A DNA stretch of 64,000 nucleotides from Eledone cirrhosa (lineage: Eukaryota). Every line of letters starts with the position of its first letter. Positions within the stretch are counted from its first letter, which is position 1. Where the stretch lies: assembly GCA_964016885.1 (NCBI GenBank), contig OZ024742.1, forward strand, positions 53,878,001-53,942,000, in the 5' to 3' direction. Positions 12,330-26,738 of the stretch are shown here, one piece after another. The translations under genes and the position numbers were made by a program. The notes under the pieces were generated by a model that was not told the DNA's origin, did not search any database, and saw only the letters and a program-made list of their open reading frames with translations.

Positions 12330-14741
12330 AGTACGTTTATTGAAAGAAACAAAGTATTATTACAAAAAGTCTGTTTGGGAACAGGTTTTGAATTGACCAA
12401 TAGAAAAGAGTTAGAGGTCAAGTTGATGGAATAACAGTAGTAGAATATTATGCTAGGAGTGGAGGAGTGTAAATTTCTGCTTTGAATGAAAAGAATACAG
12501 TGGGGAATGGGGAAGAGAAAGATAGGGGTTAAAATGAGGTCAAGTCAATGAGATAGTGAAGGATTCCCAAAACAATTTATGTTATTAAAGAATGCTGTTA
12601 AAAGTTAAGGGAAAATAATTTTTTGTGGGATGAGAGTGTTAGTGAGAAATACTACTCCTGTTTAAATTTCAAGGAACCTAGATACATAAAAGGATATTAA
12701 ATTAATTGATAGGTATACTTACAGAGTTAAAATTATATTAATTCTTATGAATGTGATAAATAAAGAAGTAAAAATATTTTATATAGAAAGACTGAAATAG
12801 ATAAAATGTTATGAAAAGTAGTATATCTATCTAAACATCCATAATATTAAAGATATTAATTATATTTACTAATCCTAGGTATTAAATAATCCTAGGTATT
12901 AAATGTGATAGATAGATGTAGTTAAAAGAAGTAGTGAGGTTAAAGTTAACTTTAGGTAAAGTGAACTGCAAGAGGGAAATAAAATAATGAAATTCTTTGT
13001 AGTAAATATCTAATTATAGGTTAACTAAAAAAATTTTTTTAAAAATTAATTATAATAATTTGTAAAATATAAGAGTGAGGTATATGTTAAGTTATTTGAA
13101 GGTTTTTCTAATTCTATGATTGCATGATATAATTAATTCCTGCCGCTTATTTAATAGGATATCATTAGATTTCATGATTTCAAATAGTTCTTGGGAGCAT
13201 AACCTACACTCATATCTGCTATTTTGATAAGGGGTGGCCCTTTTGAGCACGCTCCAGGTCAGGTTGTAATCATTGTCCTTCCTTCTATAATTATTTATTG
13301 CTTCAGCCAAGGAGGTTGTATTAGCTAATGCGCCATTTTAAAAACTATGTTTGTGTATATTAAATCTTGCTTTAAATTGGTTAGACGTAGCTCCTATATA
13401 GGATTGAGTGGAGTCCTTAGTTTTAATTACACATTTATAGACTATGTTATTAATAAGACAATTTCCCTTTAATGGGCAATTTCTTTTAATTCTACAGTTA
13501 CAGCCATTCGTAAATATTGTATCAGGAGAGTTAATTGTGTTATCTATAGTGGTATTAGTGTTACTATTTTCATTAATGTATGCTTTAGAATGGGTTGTAA
13601 TTAGATTAGTATGGTTAGACAGGTTGTTGGTGGGTGATAGTTTAGGAGATGTCGAGCTAGTAGAGTTCTGTTTGTTTTGGAGATCATTTGTCAAAATTGG
13701 TGTGGTTACTATTATAGGTGAAGAAGAAGGTGGTTTTCTTTGGTTTACTTTAGTATTATTATGGTTGGTTTGATGTGTTGGTGGTATATTTATAGTGTTT
13801 TTACACTTATCTGTGTTGTAAGCACTTATATTCTGTTGTATATTCTTGGTAGTGGAGTAGGAAAACTTTACAGTAGATCTATTTAAAATTTGATGGTATT
13901 TATGGTTTGGTGGGAAGTTTTTCTCTAGGATAGCAAATAATTAGTTAGGGATATTGTCTTTAATCTGTAGATTAAATGGAGCATTATACCAAGTAACCCG
14001 TCTATTACGGGTTCGACATTGTTTCTTATATTTATATGATGTATCGGGAGATTTACTGAGAGAGTTACTATTAGTGATTTTATTATATAACATACAACAT
14101 AGTAAATAAACTCAATATTGAAGACAGAACTGAACCTTTGGCACTGAAAAAATACATACCTCCCGATACATCATATAAATATAAGAAACAATGTCGAAAC
14201 CGTAAATATAATTAATATCTTTAATATTATGAATGTTTAGATAGATACACTACTTTTTATAAAATTTTATCTATTTCAGTCTTTCTATATACATTTTTTT
14301 TTACTTCTTTATTTATCACATTCATACGAATTAATATAATTTTAACTCTGTAAGTATACCTATCAATTAATTTAAGTTCCTTTTATGTATCTAGGTTCCT
14401 TGAAATTTAAACAGGAGTAGTATTTCTCACTAACACATCTCATCCTACAAAAAATTATTTTCCCTTAACTTTTAACAGCATTCATTAATAACACATTTTT
14501 GGGGGAATCCTTCACTATCTCACTGACTTGACCTCATTTTAACCCCTATCTTTCTCTTCCCCATTCCCCACTGTATTCTTTTCATTCAAAGCAGAAATTT
14601 ACACTCCTCCACTCCTAGAATAAAATTCTACTACTGTTATTCTATCAACTTGACCTCTAACACTTTGCTATTGGTCAATTCAAAACCTGTTCCCAAACAG
14701 ACTTTTTGTATTAATACATTGTTTCTTTCAATAAACATACT

Positions 14742-14888
14742 TCATCATTTCTGAAGATGGCATGTATAGGTGAAGGTATGTATATATATCTCCTCTGATA
14801 ATTTGTAATATTTTTTTACATAGATCTTTAATATGATATACATACCAACACACACATATATATACCAGAAACGATCGTAAAATGATGA
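14742..14888 (+). ncRNA. Type-I hammerhead ribozyme (family D, ~110-nt stem II)
   Basis: Perfect 9-bp stem I TCATCATTT/AAATGATGA, core CTGAAGA (14751), GAAA (14868), palindromic stem III ACGATCGT, GUA cleavage after 14879. Confidence 0.88.
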
Positions 14889-15085
14889 TTTTTTCAATAT
14901 AAGGAACCTGTTCTTTGTTTTGATTTCATTATTTTTATTAATTAATCTTGACTCTGTTTTCCTATGATTCTTATCGTTACATTTTGAATGCATTTTCTCA
15001 TTTCATGATATCTTCTATATTTGGATTACATTGAGATCTTCATACGGATTGGACACTACCGTTTATTTTGGTAGATTTATCTACA

Positions 15086-15127
<42 letters not shown>

Positions 15128-15561
15128 AACATATATATATATACGCTTTCACAAACACATGCAAAAACGCACACACACACACCCGCGCACACACACACAT
15201 GCATATACACTTCTATGTTTTCATAGTTGCAGTTTAAGGAGTGCGTGGCTGCTTAAGTGCCGAATTTGTTTAGTCAAATCAACTCTGTTATTTAATTTTA
15301 CAAGTCTAGTTTTATTTGAGTGATCTCTTTCATGTCGACCGCAATATACATACCTACATACAAACATACATACATATATATACATAATACATACATACTT
15401 ACATGGAGGCATGCATACCTATCTACAAGTTGATGTTGTGCAAATCCCAATGAGAGAGTCTTGTATCTATGTTAGAAACCGACTCTCTCTCTATTGATAA
15501 ACATTTATAAAATTATAAAACCAGAAGAACACACACACACACGCGCCCACACACGCACACA

Positions 15562-15638
<77 letters not shown>

Positions 15639-15980
15639 ATGCGCATGCACACTTATATACGGGATGCTTTGGAGGCACAATAAAACATGTTTCAATTTGG
15701 AATAACAACTGTTTCGATTTAGAAAGAAGAACTCTATAATAATGTAATAATATTTACTAGATTGCATAACATAGATGTTAACAGAAATAATGAAATTGTT
15801 TGGGGGAAAGGATATCACAAATCTATGTTATAATTAAGCGTAATATTTTTGCCAGAAATACAATTATATTTCTGCAGATATAGGAAGCTGGAAGAAATAA
15901 ACATAGCTATGTGTCACCTATTAGGAGATAGCAATCATTCAGAATATGAAAAGTATTTTATTTATATGGATATATATATA

Positions 15981-16560
15981 TTTCGCTTTTGAATTTGTTT
16001 TGCAAGATTTCTTATGTGAAAACGTGTTAAAACAGATATTGTTATACTTACAGTATAACAATATATATATATTGTTATACTTTGGGAGGGTCATGTTGCC
16101 AATAAGAAACACACGCACCAATTGCTTTCACTTCAATTTATTATAAATTAAATTTATAAATTTAGGAATTTATAAATTTCCGGTTCGTTGGTTGGTTCCA
16201 CAACCAGACGATTGTTCATATATTGTCAAAGTTCTTTCTTCACACATTCTGTGACCTCTTCAGTGACTGGGGTTTCATTTCTTTGTTTTTGTGCCTCCCC
16301 TTTGTTCTGTCCTACGCCATCTTGTTTTTGTGTGACGAAAGAACTTTGACAATATATGAACAATCGTCTGGTTGTGAAACCAACCAACCGGAAATTTATA
16401 AATTCCTAAATTTATAAATTTAATTTATAATGAATTGAAGTGAAAGCAAATGGTGCGTGTGTTTCTTATTGGCAACATGACCCTCCCAAAGTATAACAAT
16501 ATCGGTTTCAACACACGTTTTCAGATAAAGAATCTTGCTAAACAAATTCAGAAACGAAAT
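15981..16560. mobile_element. ORF-less palindromic PLE-derived mini-element (family C termini)
   Basis: 15981-16246 mirrors ~16330-16560; same termini as 20417-21606 and 34352-34955; (TA)n on both sides. Confidence 0.8.
16225..16267 (-). ncRNA. Minimal type-I hammerhead ribozyme (family C)
   Basis: Reverse complement: GTCA-CTGAAGA-GGTCACAGAATGTGTGAA-GAAA-GAAC-TT|TGAC. Confidence 0.7.
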
Positions 16561-16571
16561 ATATATATATA

Positions 16572-19610
<3,039 letters not shown>

Positions 19611-19749
19611 GGAAAAGAATGAAACGAAATTTCATTTCTCACTCTTAGTACGGCTGATACTTAAATGTAAGTATGTATGTATACAGTAGTATGTATATAT
19701 ATACATAGATGCACACATATATATATATGTACGCATGGGTTTACCGAAC

Positions 19750-20308
19750 ATCTATTATAATGTTCGGTTTGTTTGTTTGTAGACAAACAAACAGCCCGAA
19801 TTACGCCGTACAGTGTTCAGGCAATCATCGTCGCCTTTTTGTTCAACACTGACACATGATATAATTTATGGAGAAAAACTCTGCATATCAATATTACTCA
19901 ATGTAAAATGTAATGCATGAAAAATTGTAAAACATTATTTTTTTGTAATATATCAAATCAAAATTACATTATTAAATCTTATTCTTATTTAGTTTTTTGT
20001 AAATAATTTTCAAAATATCAATTCAAAACTTTTGTGAATTAAGCATTATATCTTGTTAATTACCTATGGTTTAAATTTCATATAAATCGAAGGGAAAACA
20101 TTTTTCAGCGGAGGTTTTCAGCGGGGCTTTGTGCCCTCGGGGAACCCTTTCATTAAAATGAAATATACTTATCCAAGTACCCTGGGCAATGAGATCTCAG
20201 AATATATGAGGTTATGGGGGTCTATTTCCCAAACCATAGGAGTAGTTCGTGAACAAACAAACAAACAAACAGACAGGAATGCAACTTTATATATATATAT
20301 ATATATAG
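19750..20308 (-). mobile_element. Probable non-autonomous Helitron/Helentron-type element
   Basis: Reverse complement begins CTATATATATA..AAAGTTGCATTCCTGTCTGTTTGTTTG, resembling the 5' ends at 27997 and 28511; no clear 3' end found. Confidence 0.4.
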
Positions 20309-20566
20309 TCCAGATACATGTAGTCCAGAAATAGCCGCCGAAACGGCTTGAGCTCTGCCGTCGGGGTCATACTTTTTCCTATATTGATATATATTTATAT
20401 ATATATATTATTAGACTTTTGGAGGGTCATGTTGCCAATAAGAAACACACGCACCAGTCGTTTTCACTTCAATTTATTATAAATTAAATTATAAATTTAA
20501 AAAAAAAAAAATTATAAATTTCTGGTTGGGTGGTTGGTTCCACAACCGGACGGTTGTTCATGTATT

Positions 20567-20609
20567 GTCAAAGTTCTTTCGTCACACATTCTGTGACCTT
20601 ATCAGTAAC
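20567..20609 (-). ncRNA. Family C hammerhead, probably inactivated (core CTGATAA, C3-A8 mismatch)
   Basis: Reverse complement: GTTA-CTGATAA-GGTCAC...GTGAC-GAAA-GAAC-TT|TGAC. Confidence 0.6.
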
Positions 20610-21329
20610 CGGGGATTCTTTTCTTTGTTTTGTGCCTCTCCTTTGGTGAATTAGCTTACACATTTAGAAGGGACCTAGATAAACATAAACTAAATATTAA
20701 GATAGCGGGTACCTCCATAAAAACACTTATTAGTAATACATACTCTTTTCAAAGACCTCCCTGTATAGATAAGAAATGCATAATCTTTAAACTAAGCCCC
20801 CATATTAACTGCAAATCTAGAAACATATTATATAGCATAAGATGTACTGAAGGACAATGTAAAGATAAGAATATAATGTACATAGGTGAGACAGCTCGTA
20901 GCATGGGAGAACGATTAAATGAACACTGGCGAGAGCTCCAAGATAGAAAAGACTCATCAGTACTCCACTACCATGCTAAAATAGAACATACAGTCAAATT
21001 AGTGAACATAGAAATAAAAATAAAATCTACACACAGAAAAGACGCAATGTTTAGATAAATCACAGAGGCAATAAACATAAATGAACTCCAAACAAAATTA
21101 AATAGAAAACATGAATGGAATAGCAACATCACAACTTACAATTAAGGACAAAATGAAAACACACACACATAGAACAAACAACTAACTAGTAACATGTAAA
21201 TAAACAAATAAAAACACACACAGACACCCGGATGTAACACATGCGCAAACTAAGCACACAACACACACAAAAACAAGATGGTGTAGGACAGAACAAAGGA
21301 GAGGCACAAAACAAAGAAAAGAATCCCCG

Positions 21330-21372
21330 GTTACTGATGAGGTCACAGAATGTGTGACGAAAGAACTTTGAC
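21330..21372 (+). ncRNA. Minimal type-I hammerhead ribozyme (family C)
   Basis: GTTA-CTGATGA-GGTCACAGAATGTGTGAC-GAAA-GAAC-TT|TGAC. Confidence 0.8.
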
Positions 21373-21602
21373 AATATATGAACAACCGTCCGGTTGTGGA
21401 ACCAACCAACCAACCAACCAATCAACCAACCAACCGGAAATTTATAATTTTTTTTTTTAATTTATAATTTAATTTATAATAAATTGAAGTGAAACAACTG
21501 GTACGTGTGTTTGTTATTGGCAACATGACCCTCCCAAAGTATAACAATATCGGTTTCAACATACGTTTTCAGATAAAGAATATTGCTAAACAAATTCAGA
21601 AA

Positions 21603-21646
<44 letters not shown>

Positions 21647-21648
<2 letters not shown>

Positions 21649-23960
21649 TACCTACCTACCTAAGGCGGGTAAAATTCCCCAGATCCATGGACGAGTTCTC
21701 TCCAGCCGTCTCTGTCCCTCATTATCGCTGCCATGTCCTGCGACTCCAACAGACCAGTGTCTGTCCTTAGGGTATCAACATACGTTAACCTTGGCCTTCC
21801 TCTTCTAGTGTGTCCATGTAGGGGCTCCCACAGGAGCACTGAGTGCAATGTCAACTCTGGATGTCGGTGAGCATGTCCAGATAACCTCAGTCTCCTCTGT
21901 GTCACTTATGAGCTGACGTTTGGGATGCTCCCATACATCTCTGAGTTTTTCATCCTCAGTGTATACTGATTAATTTTCAGAGCCATCCTCAGCATTCTCG
22001 TGTAGCACCCATCCACCATCTGAGTGAGTTTCTTGGTCAGTGTCCAAGTCTCAGACCCGTACAGCAGCACAGACTCTACTACAACAATGAAGAGGCGGAT
22101 TGTCAGGTATTTACGAAGGTCCGACTTCCACACCGATCTGAAGCTGTGTCACGCCGCCAAGGCTTTGCTCTTCCTCTCAACAGCATCATCTTCCGTATTC
22201 CCAATCTTTGCTCCCAAATACAGGAAGCCCTCAACCAATTCTAGCGGCTTCCCGCCTACATTAGTGATCCCCTCTGGCTTCTCAACATTCTCTACCAGAT
22301 ATTTTGCTTTAGTCTCATTCTTTCTCAGCCCCACACTCATCGACACAGTCTCAACCTCTCGCATCAAATTCTCTGCCTCCTTCACTGTATTTGTCACCAA
22401 AACTATGTCGTCGGCAAATTCAGCATCCGATACCTTTTTCGCCTTAACTCTCCTGCTCTGAGGCGGTGCTACAATAAAGCCAGAGTCCTGGTGTTTCTCC
22501 AGTGCAAGGCGCATACAATAGTCCACTATGATGATAAAAAGGTAGGGAGCCAATGTATCTCTCTGGAGCACTCCAGCCAGTATCCCAAAGAACTCTGTCA
22601 TCCCATCAGGTGTAAAGACTTGGGCTTTAGTGTTGGTGTAGAGCAGTGATATCAGGTCCACTATCTTTTTGGGGAATCCATAAGCCTGTAAGATCTTCAT
22701 CACACAGTGACGGTCCACAGAATCAAAGGCCTTCCTAAAGTCAATGAAAACCATGACCGCAGGAAGGCACTTTGCTATAGCTCCCTCTAATATCCTCCTT
22801 AGCATCAGGATGTGACTGGTGGTTGATCTTCCCTCTCTGAAGCCGTTATTGTTGTCCCTGAGCTTCTTCTCCATCTCAGGCTGGATCCTGTTAAGAATCA
22901 TCCTGTTGAAGGTCTTTTCCACAAGTGACGTCAGTGAGATCCCCCTGTAGTTGTTGGTGTTAGAGAGATCTCCCTTCTTTGGCACTGGGACGGTGTTACT
23001 GATCCTCCACTGATACGGGGCAACTCCTTTCTCCAGTGCCCGGTTAAAGAACCCCAGGATGATATCATCAAAATCACACCTCTTCATCACCTCTGATGCC
23101 ACTCCATCTTCTCCATGAGCCTTGCTCTCCTTGATCCTCTTCTTGGCTCTCTGAAGCTCCTCTCTGGTGAAAGGTTCTGTCTCAACATCCAGTTCCTCAA
23201 ACAGCCGCCTGATCTCCTCAGTGCTCTGGGCTGTGGAGGGTGGCTCTCCTAGTAGGGTCCTCAAATGGTCTAGCCATTTCCTCTTCCTATCCTCGGGCCC
23301 CGTTCCCTGGATCTGACTCGAACACGTTCTCTTCCTCCTTGTGATCTCGTTGATGATCATCCAGCTCTCCTTACATCCAGATCTGCCAACCGCTCTCTCC
23401 ACACTTCTGATCTTCTCTATCAGTGCCTCCTCTCTGGCCTCAGTGTAAGCGGTACAGAGTTCTTCCCTCATCACCTCCACAGTCTCCATCCTCTCCTCCG
23501 TAGAATCAGCATTGAATTGGTCCTTGGCAGCTTTCAGGTGTTCTCTGGCTGCACACACTTTTGGGTTTGCAGAGCTGACGTGCTTCCTTTTGTTCTTTTC
23601 CCTCGGCACCAAGGTTTCACTTGCTTCCGCCACTGCATTGGTGAAGTGCCCGTACTTCCTCGTCACATTCTCCTCAGTCCATCCAAACTCTCTCTCCTCT
23701 GACTCTCCACACAGAGCACTGAACCTGTTTCTCACTTCCACTGTGAACCTCTCCTGTAGCTTATCATCTTCCTTGAAAGCTCCCCAGTCATAGATTGCTC
23801 TCCGAGGCCGAGCCTTGCTCTTTCTTAAGCTCACCCGGACCTCACTCATAACAAGCCGGTGGTCACTACCCAGTGTACTGAAATAGTTGTATGGTTCTGT
23901 GTTCAGAACACTATTCCGCCACTTTTTCCTCACCAGAATGAAATCAATCTCGGACTTGGA
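21647..23960 (-). mobile_element. 5'-truncated RTE-clade LINE: end of APE domain, RT and C-terminus, with premature stops
   Basis: ORF 22149-23999 has SEIDFILV...GSDH, YRGISL, GFREGRST, IDFRKAFDSV, LAPYLFII, FADD and FLYLG; continues SVLLYGSETW and RLRLSGHAHR; (GGTA)n 3' tail at 21647-21661. Confidence 0.93.
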
Positions 23961-23977
23961 CATATATATATACATAC

Positions 23978-25467
23978 ATGAAAGAGTGAAGAATAACATG
24001 GTTGTCTGTACAAAAAGGGTTTTATTTACAGTATTAACAATTGTTTCATTGATTAGGTGAGTCTAAAGGCCGCTAATCACTCGAAGTTGCGTCACTCGAC
24101 CTTAAATACAATGTGTGTCTCTGATCAAATCATCGGAATACTGGAGGGTGTAACACATGGCATTGGTATTTATAGATGCATCGGATAATAAAAACAATAG
24201 CATCAATAATAAAAGATAATAAAAAATAATAATAATGAAGTTAGAATGAAAATGATAAAGATGTAAAAAATAAGTACAGAATACGATTGCTGATAATAGT
24301 AGTGATGGTGGTGGTAGTTGAAGTTACAGTGGTGAGTAATTGGATGTGTAAAGTAGTGATGGTGGTAGAAATAACAATAAGATGAAAAGAAACATTAAAT
24401 ACATACATAGTATAAATGCAAGAAGTATGATCAAATCCCACAGCATTAGAATAAAAAAAAAATAACAGATAAAAGATAAAAAAATAATAAATAAAAAGTA
24501 AGTGAGAGAGGAAGAGATAAGGGACAGGAGACAGAGAGTGGGGATAAGGATTCGAGAATGAGACACAATGGGTAGGGCTAGGATCGGGGAAGTAGTAGAT
24601 AGATAGAGAATAAAAAGTGAAAGAGGCAGTGATGATATACGGGTGGTTAATGTCTGGCAGACTGATTGTTTTATCTTAATGGAGGTGATGTGGCTATAAA
24701 GAGAGAGAGAGTGAAAGAAATGTTGGGAGATTTATGATGTTGATTTCATGACCCGTTAGTCAGTTGACAGCTGGTGTGGAGGTAGTACATCAAAACCCAG
24801 GTGGTTCTGCTTGAATTCTGAGATTGCTGGATCGAATCATGCCGGTTTGAAGTTAGAGAACTTGGTAGCTGCTTTGTGCCTACAGAAAATTGATTGTTCT
24901 ATTTTGTTGTTAAGCAGCATTTATCATACTTTAAAATATGGAGCAGCTCCATATTGCAAAGTCCGCAGTGGGACATTCCATTATTGTAGGCCCTTGGTCT
25001 CGATAATTTCGACCAGCTAATCCCATATTCCAGGTTGGTGTCCTTAAGCTGCCAGATTTTATTGGCCAGCGTCGTTGTGTTCTCTAGTCTACGGTTTTTT
25101 ATAGAATGTCTATGTACATACCATCTTTTTTTTAATTCTCCAGCCGTAGAACCTATGTAGTGCCATGCTAAGTTGCCCGATTTGATAGTACACAGGTACA
25201 CTATACTTGATGCCAGGCATCTATTTTGTAGTGGGCATTTATCCGGCAGGTGTCAGTTACTGTTGGAGGCCTTCCTGTGTGCAGGTTCTCCGTTGCGGTT
25301 TTGTATGTTGTTAGGGATGGGGTGAGATTTAGGTTTATCGATGTTTTGTTGCGATGTGCCCTGGCGTGTGTGTGGTTGTGATGTTGTTATGTGTTTGCGT
25401 TTTGTATTTGGTGCTATGGTGTATGTTGGTAGGTTATTTTCCTTAGAGATTCTTCTATAGTTGAGCT

Positions 25468-25470
<3 letters not shown>
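23978..25470 (-). mobile_element. Truncated PLE related to family A (GIY-YIG, 3' UTR, HHR)
   Basis: ORF 24899-25201 has YIGSTAGELKKRWYVHRH...CGLC; 5' end lost in (TA)n at ~25470. Confidence 0.88.
24031..24141 (-). ncRNA. Type-I hammerhead ribozyme, U4C core, long stem II
   Basis: Reverse complement: GTATT-CCGATGA-TTTGATCAG...CTAATCAAT-GAAA-CAATTG-TT|AATAC. Confidence 0.75.
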
Positions 25471-25552
<82 letters not shown>

Positions 25553-25725
25553 ATATATATGAAAATTAGGATTGGTACTCTGAAATAGCGATGTATACAT
25601 GAATGTATGTATAGTATATATGGCAATATACAGTATGTTTAATTTAAAACATTTTGAAGACCTTGCGCTTTATTTTAAAGTAGTGACTATGTCACTTACT
25701 TCTTTTTTCAACAAGGGAAGGGAGA

Positions 25726-25771
25726 TAAGCTGACATATCTGTTTCACACTGTTGGTGTTCATCAGAGTTTA
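25726..25771 (-). ncRNA. Compact type-I hammerhead ribozyme
   Basis: Reverse complement: TAAACT-CTGATGA-ACAC CAACA GTGT-GAAA-CAGATATG-TC|AGCTTA. Confidence 0.8.
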
Positions 25772-25918
25772 GCACTAGCCGACCTTTGTTGAAAATTATA
25801 GATGCTGGATTCTTATAGAATTCCAGTAATAATCAGGAACTGATTATACAGAGCGATTGCCGGTCCAGCAAAAATGAAAATTAGGAATGGAGCTCTGAAA
25901 TAGCGATGAGAAGGGAGA

Positions 25919-25964
25919 TAAGTTGACAGATCATTTTCACACTGTTGGTGTTCATCGGAGCTTA
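25919..25964 (-). ncRNA. Compact type-I hammerhead, U4C core, degenerate stem III
   Basis: Reverse complement: TAAGCT-CCGATGA-ACAC CAACA GTGT-GAAA-ATGATCTG-TC|AACTTA. Confidence 0.65.
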
Positions 25965-26097
25965 GCACTCGCCAACCCTAACCCTTATTTTCTATTTTTG
26001 CTGGACCGGCAATCACTCTGTATAATCAGTTCCTGATTATTACTGGAATTCTATAAGAATCCAGCCTCTATCATTTTCAACAGGCATCGGCGAGTTC

Positions 26098-26143
26098 TAA
26101 GCTCTGATGAACACCAACAGTGTGAAACAAATCTGTCAGCTTA
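26098..26143 (+). ncRNA. Compact canonical type-I hammerhead ribozyme
   Basis: Perfect stem I TAAGCT/AGCTTA, core CTGATGA (26104), stem II ACAC/GTGT, GAAA, stem III ACA..TGT, GUC cleavage after 26137. Confidence 0.9.
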
Positions 26144-26266
26144 TCTCCCTTCCCTTGTTGAAAAAAAAAGTAAGAGACATAGTCACTACTTAAAAATAAT
26201 AGCGCTAGGTCTTCAAAATGTTTTAAATTAAACTTACAGTATGTTGCCAAATATACTATACATACA

Positions 26267-26330
<64 letters not shown>

Positions 26331-26388
26331 TGTGTATATATGTATATATATATATATATATAGTTATGTAATAAACAACATAAGATAA

Positions 26389-26456
26389 TTATTTAATTTA
26401 CCAATGCTTTCTTGAAGACAGATACTTATGTCTGTCTTCATTCATCAGAAAAAAAT
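26389..26456 (-). ncRNA. Type-I hammerhead ribozyme
   Basis: Reverse complement: TTTTT-CTGATGA-ATGAAGACAGA..TCTGTCTTCAA-GAAA-GCATTGG-TA|AATT; weak stem I and a stem III mismatch. Confidence 0.6.
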
Positions 26457-26481
26457 GTTATTATATTTTATGGGATTTTTA

Positions 26482-26551
26482 TTATATTTTTCTGATGAAT
26501 GGAGACAGACATAAGTATCAGTCTTCAAGAAACCATTGGTAAATGAAATAA
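26482..26551 (+). ncRNA. Type-I hammerhead ribozyme
   Basis: CTGATGA(26492)-ATGGAGAC...GTCTTCAA-GAAA-CCATTGG-TA|AATGAAATAA; weak AU-rich stem I. Confidence 0.68.
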
Positions 26552-26553
26552 TT

Positions 26554-26738
26554 GTTTCTACTTTTAGGCACAAGGCCAGCAATTACCCAGTGCAATACTG
26601 GTACTTTATTTTATCGACCAAGTAAGGATGAAAGACAAAGTCAACCTCGGCGGGATCTGAACTCAGATCGTAAAGGGACGTATCTATGCTGGAAAGCATG
26701 GCGTCCGACCCTCTACGGATACTGCCAATCCACCGCCC
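26554..26738 (-). mobile_element. Full-length tRNA-derived SINE with 18-bp TSD
   Basis: TSD TTGGTAAATGAAATAATT at 26536-26553 and 26740-26757; head GGCGGTGGATTGGCAG. Confidence 0.9.

Larger units (their letters stand above)
12130..15085. mobile_element. Inverted two-arm PLE (family D): minus arm 12130-14090 with GIY-YIG remnant, plus arm ~14205-15085
   Basis: Minus ORFs 13338-13694 and 13092-13310 give CNCRIKRNCPLKGNC...VY...YIGATSNQFKARFNIH...CRLC; 12130-12867 is mirrored at ~14205-14945; ends GTAGATTTATCTAC(AT)n. Confidence 0.9.
20417..21606 (+). mobile_element. Truncated PLE (family C): GIY-YIG endonuclease between inverted pseudo-LTR arms
   Basis: ORF 20630-21058 has a PPCIDKKC linker, then ILYSIRC...C...YIGETARSMGERLNEH; 20417-20644 mirrors ~21297-21540; ends GAAACGA(TA)n. 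Confidence 0.88.
25558..26270. mobile_element. Non-coding retrozyme-like element with three hammerheads (two in direct tandem, one inverted)
   Basis: ~25595-25885 mirrors ~25985-26270; HHRs at 25726-25771(-), 25919-25964(-) and 26098-26143(+); flanked by (TA)n. Confidence 0.8.

Noticed and set aside
20321-20382. Family B hammerhead fragment
   Set aside because: Only the 3' half (GAAA-stem III-GUC) is present; the core is missing, so it is not counted as a ribozyme.
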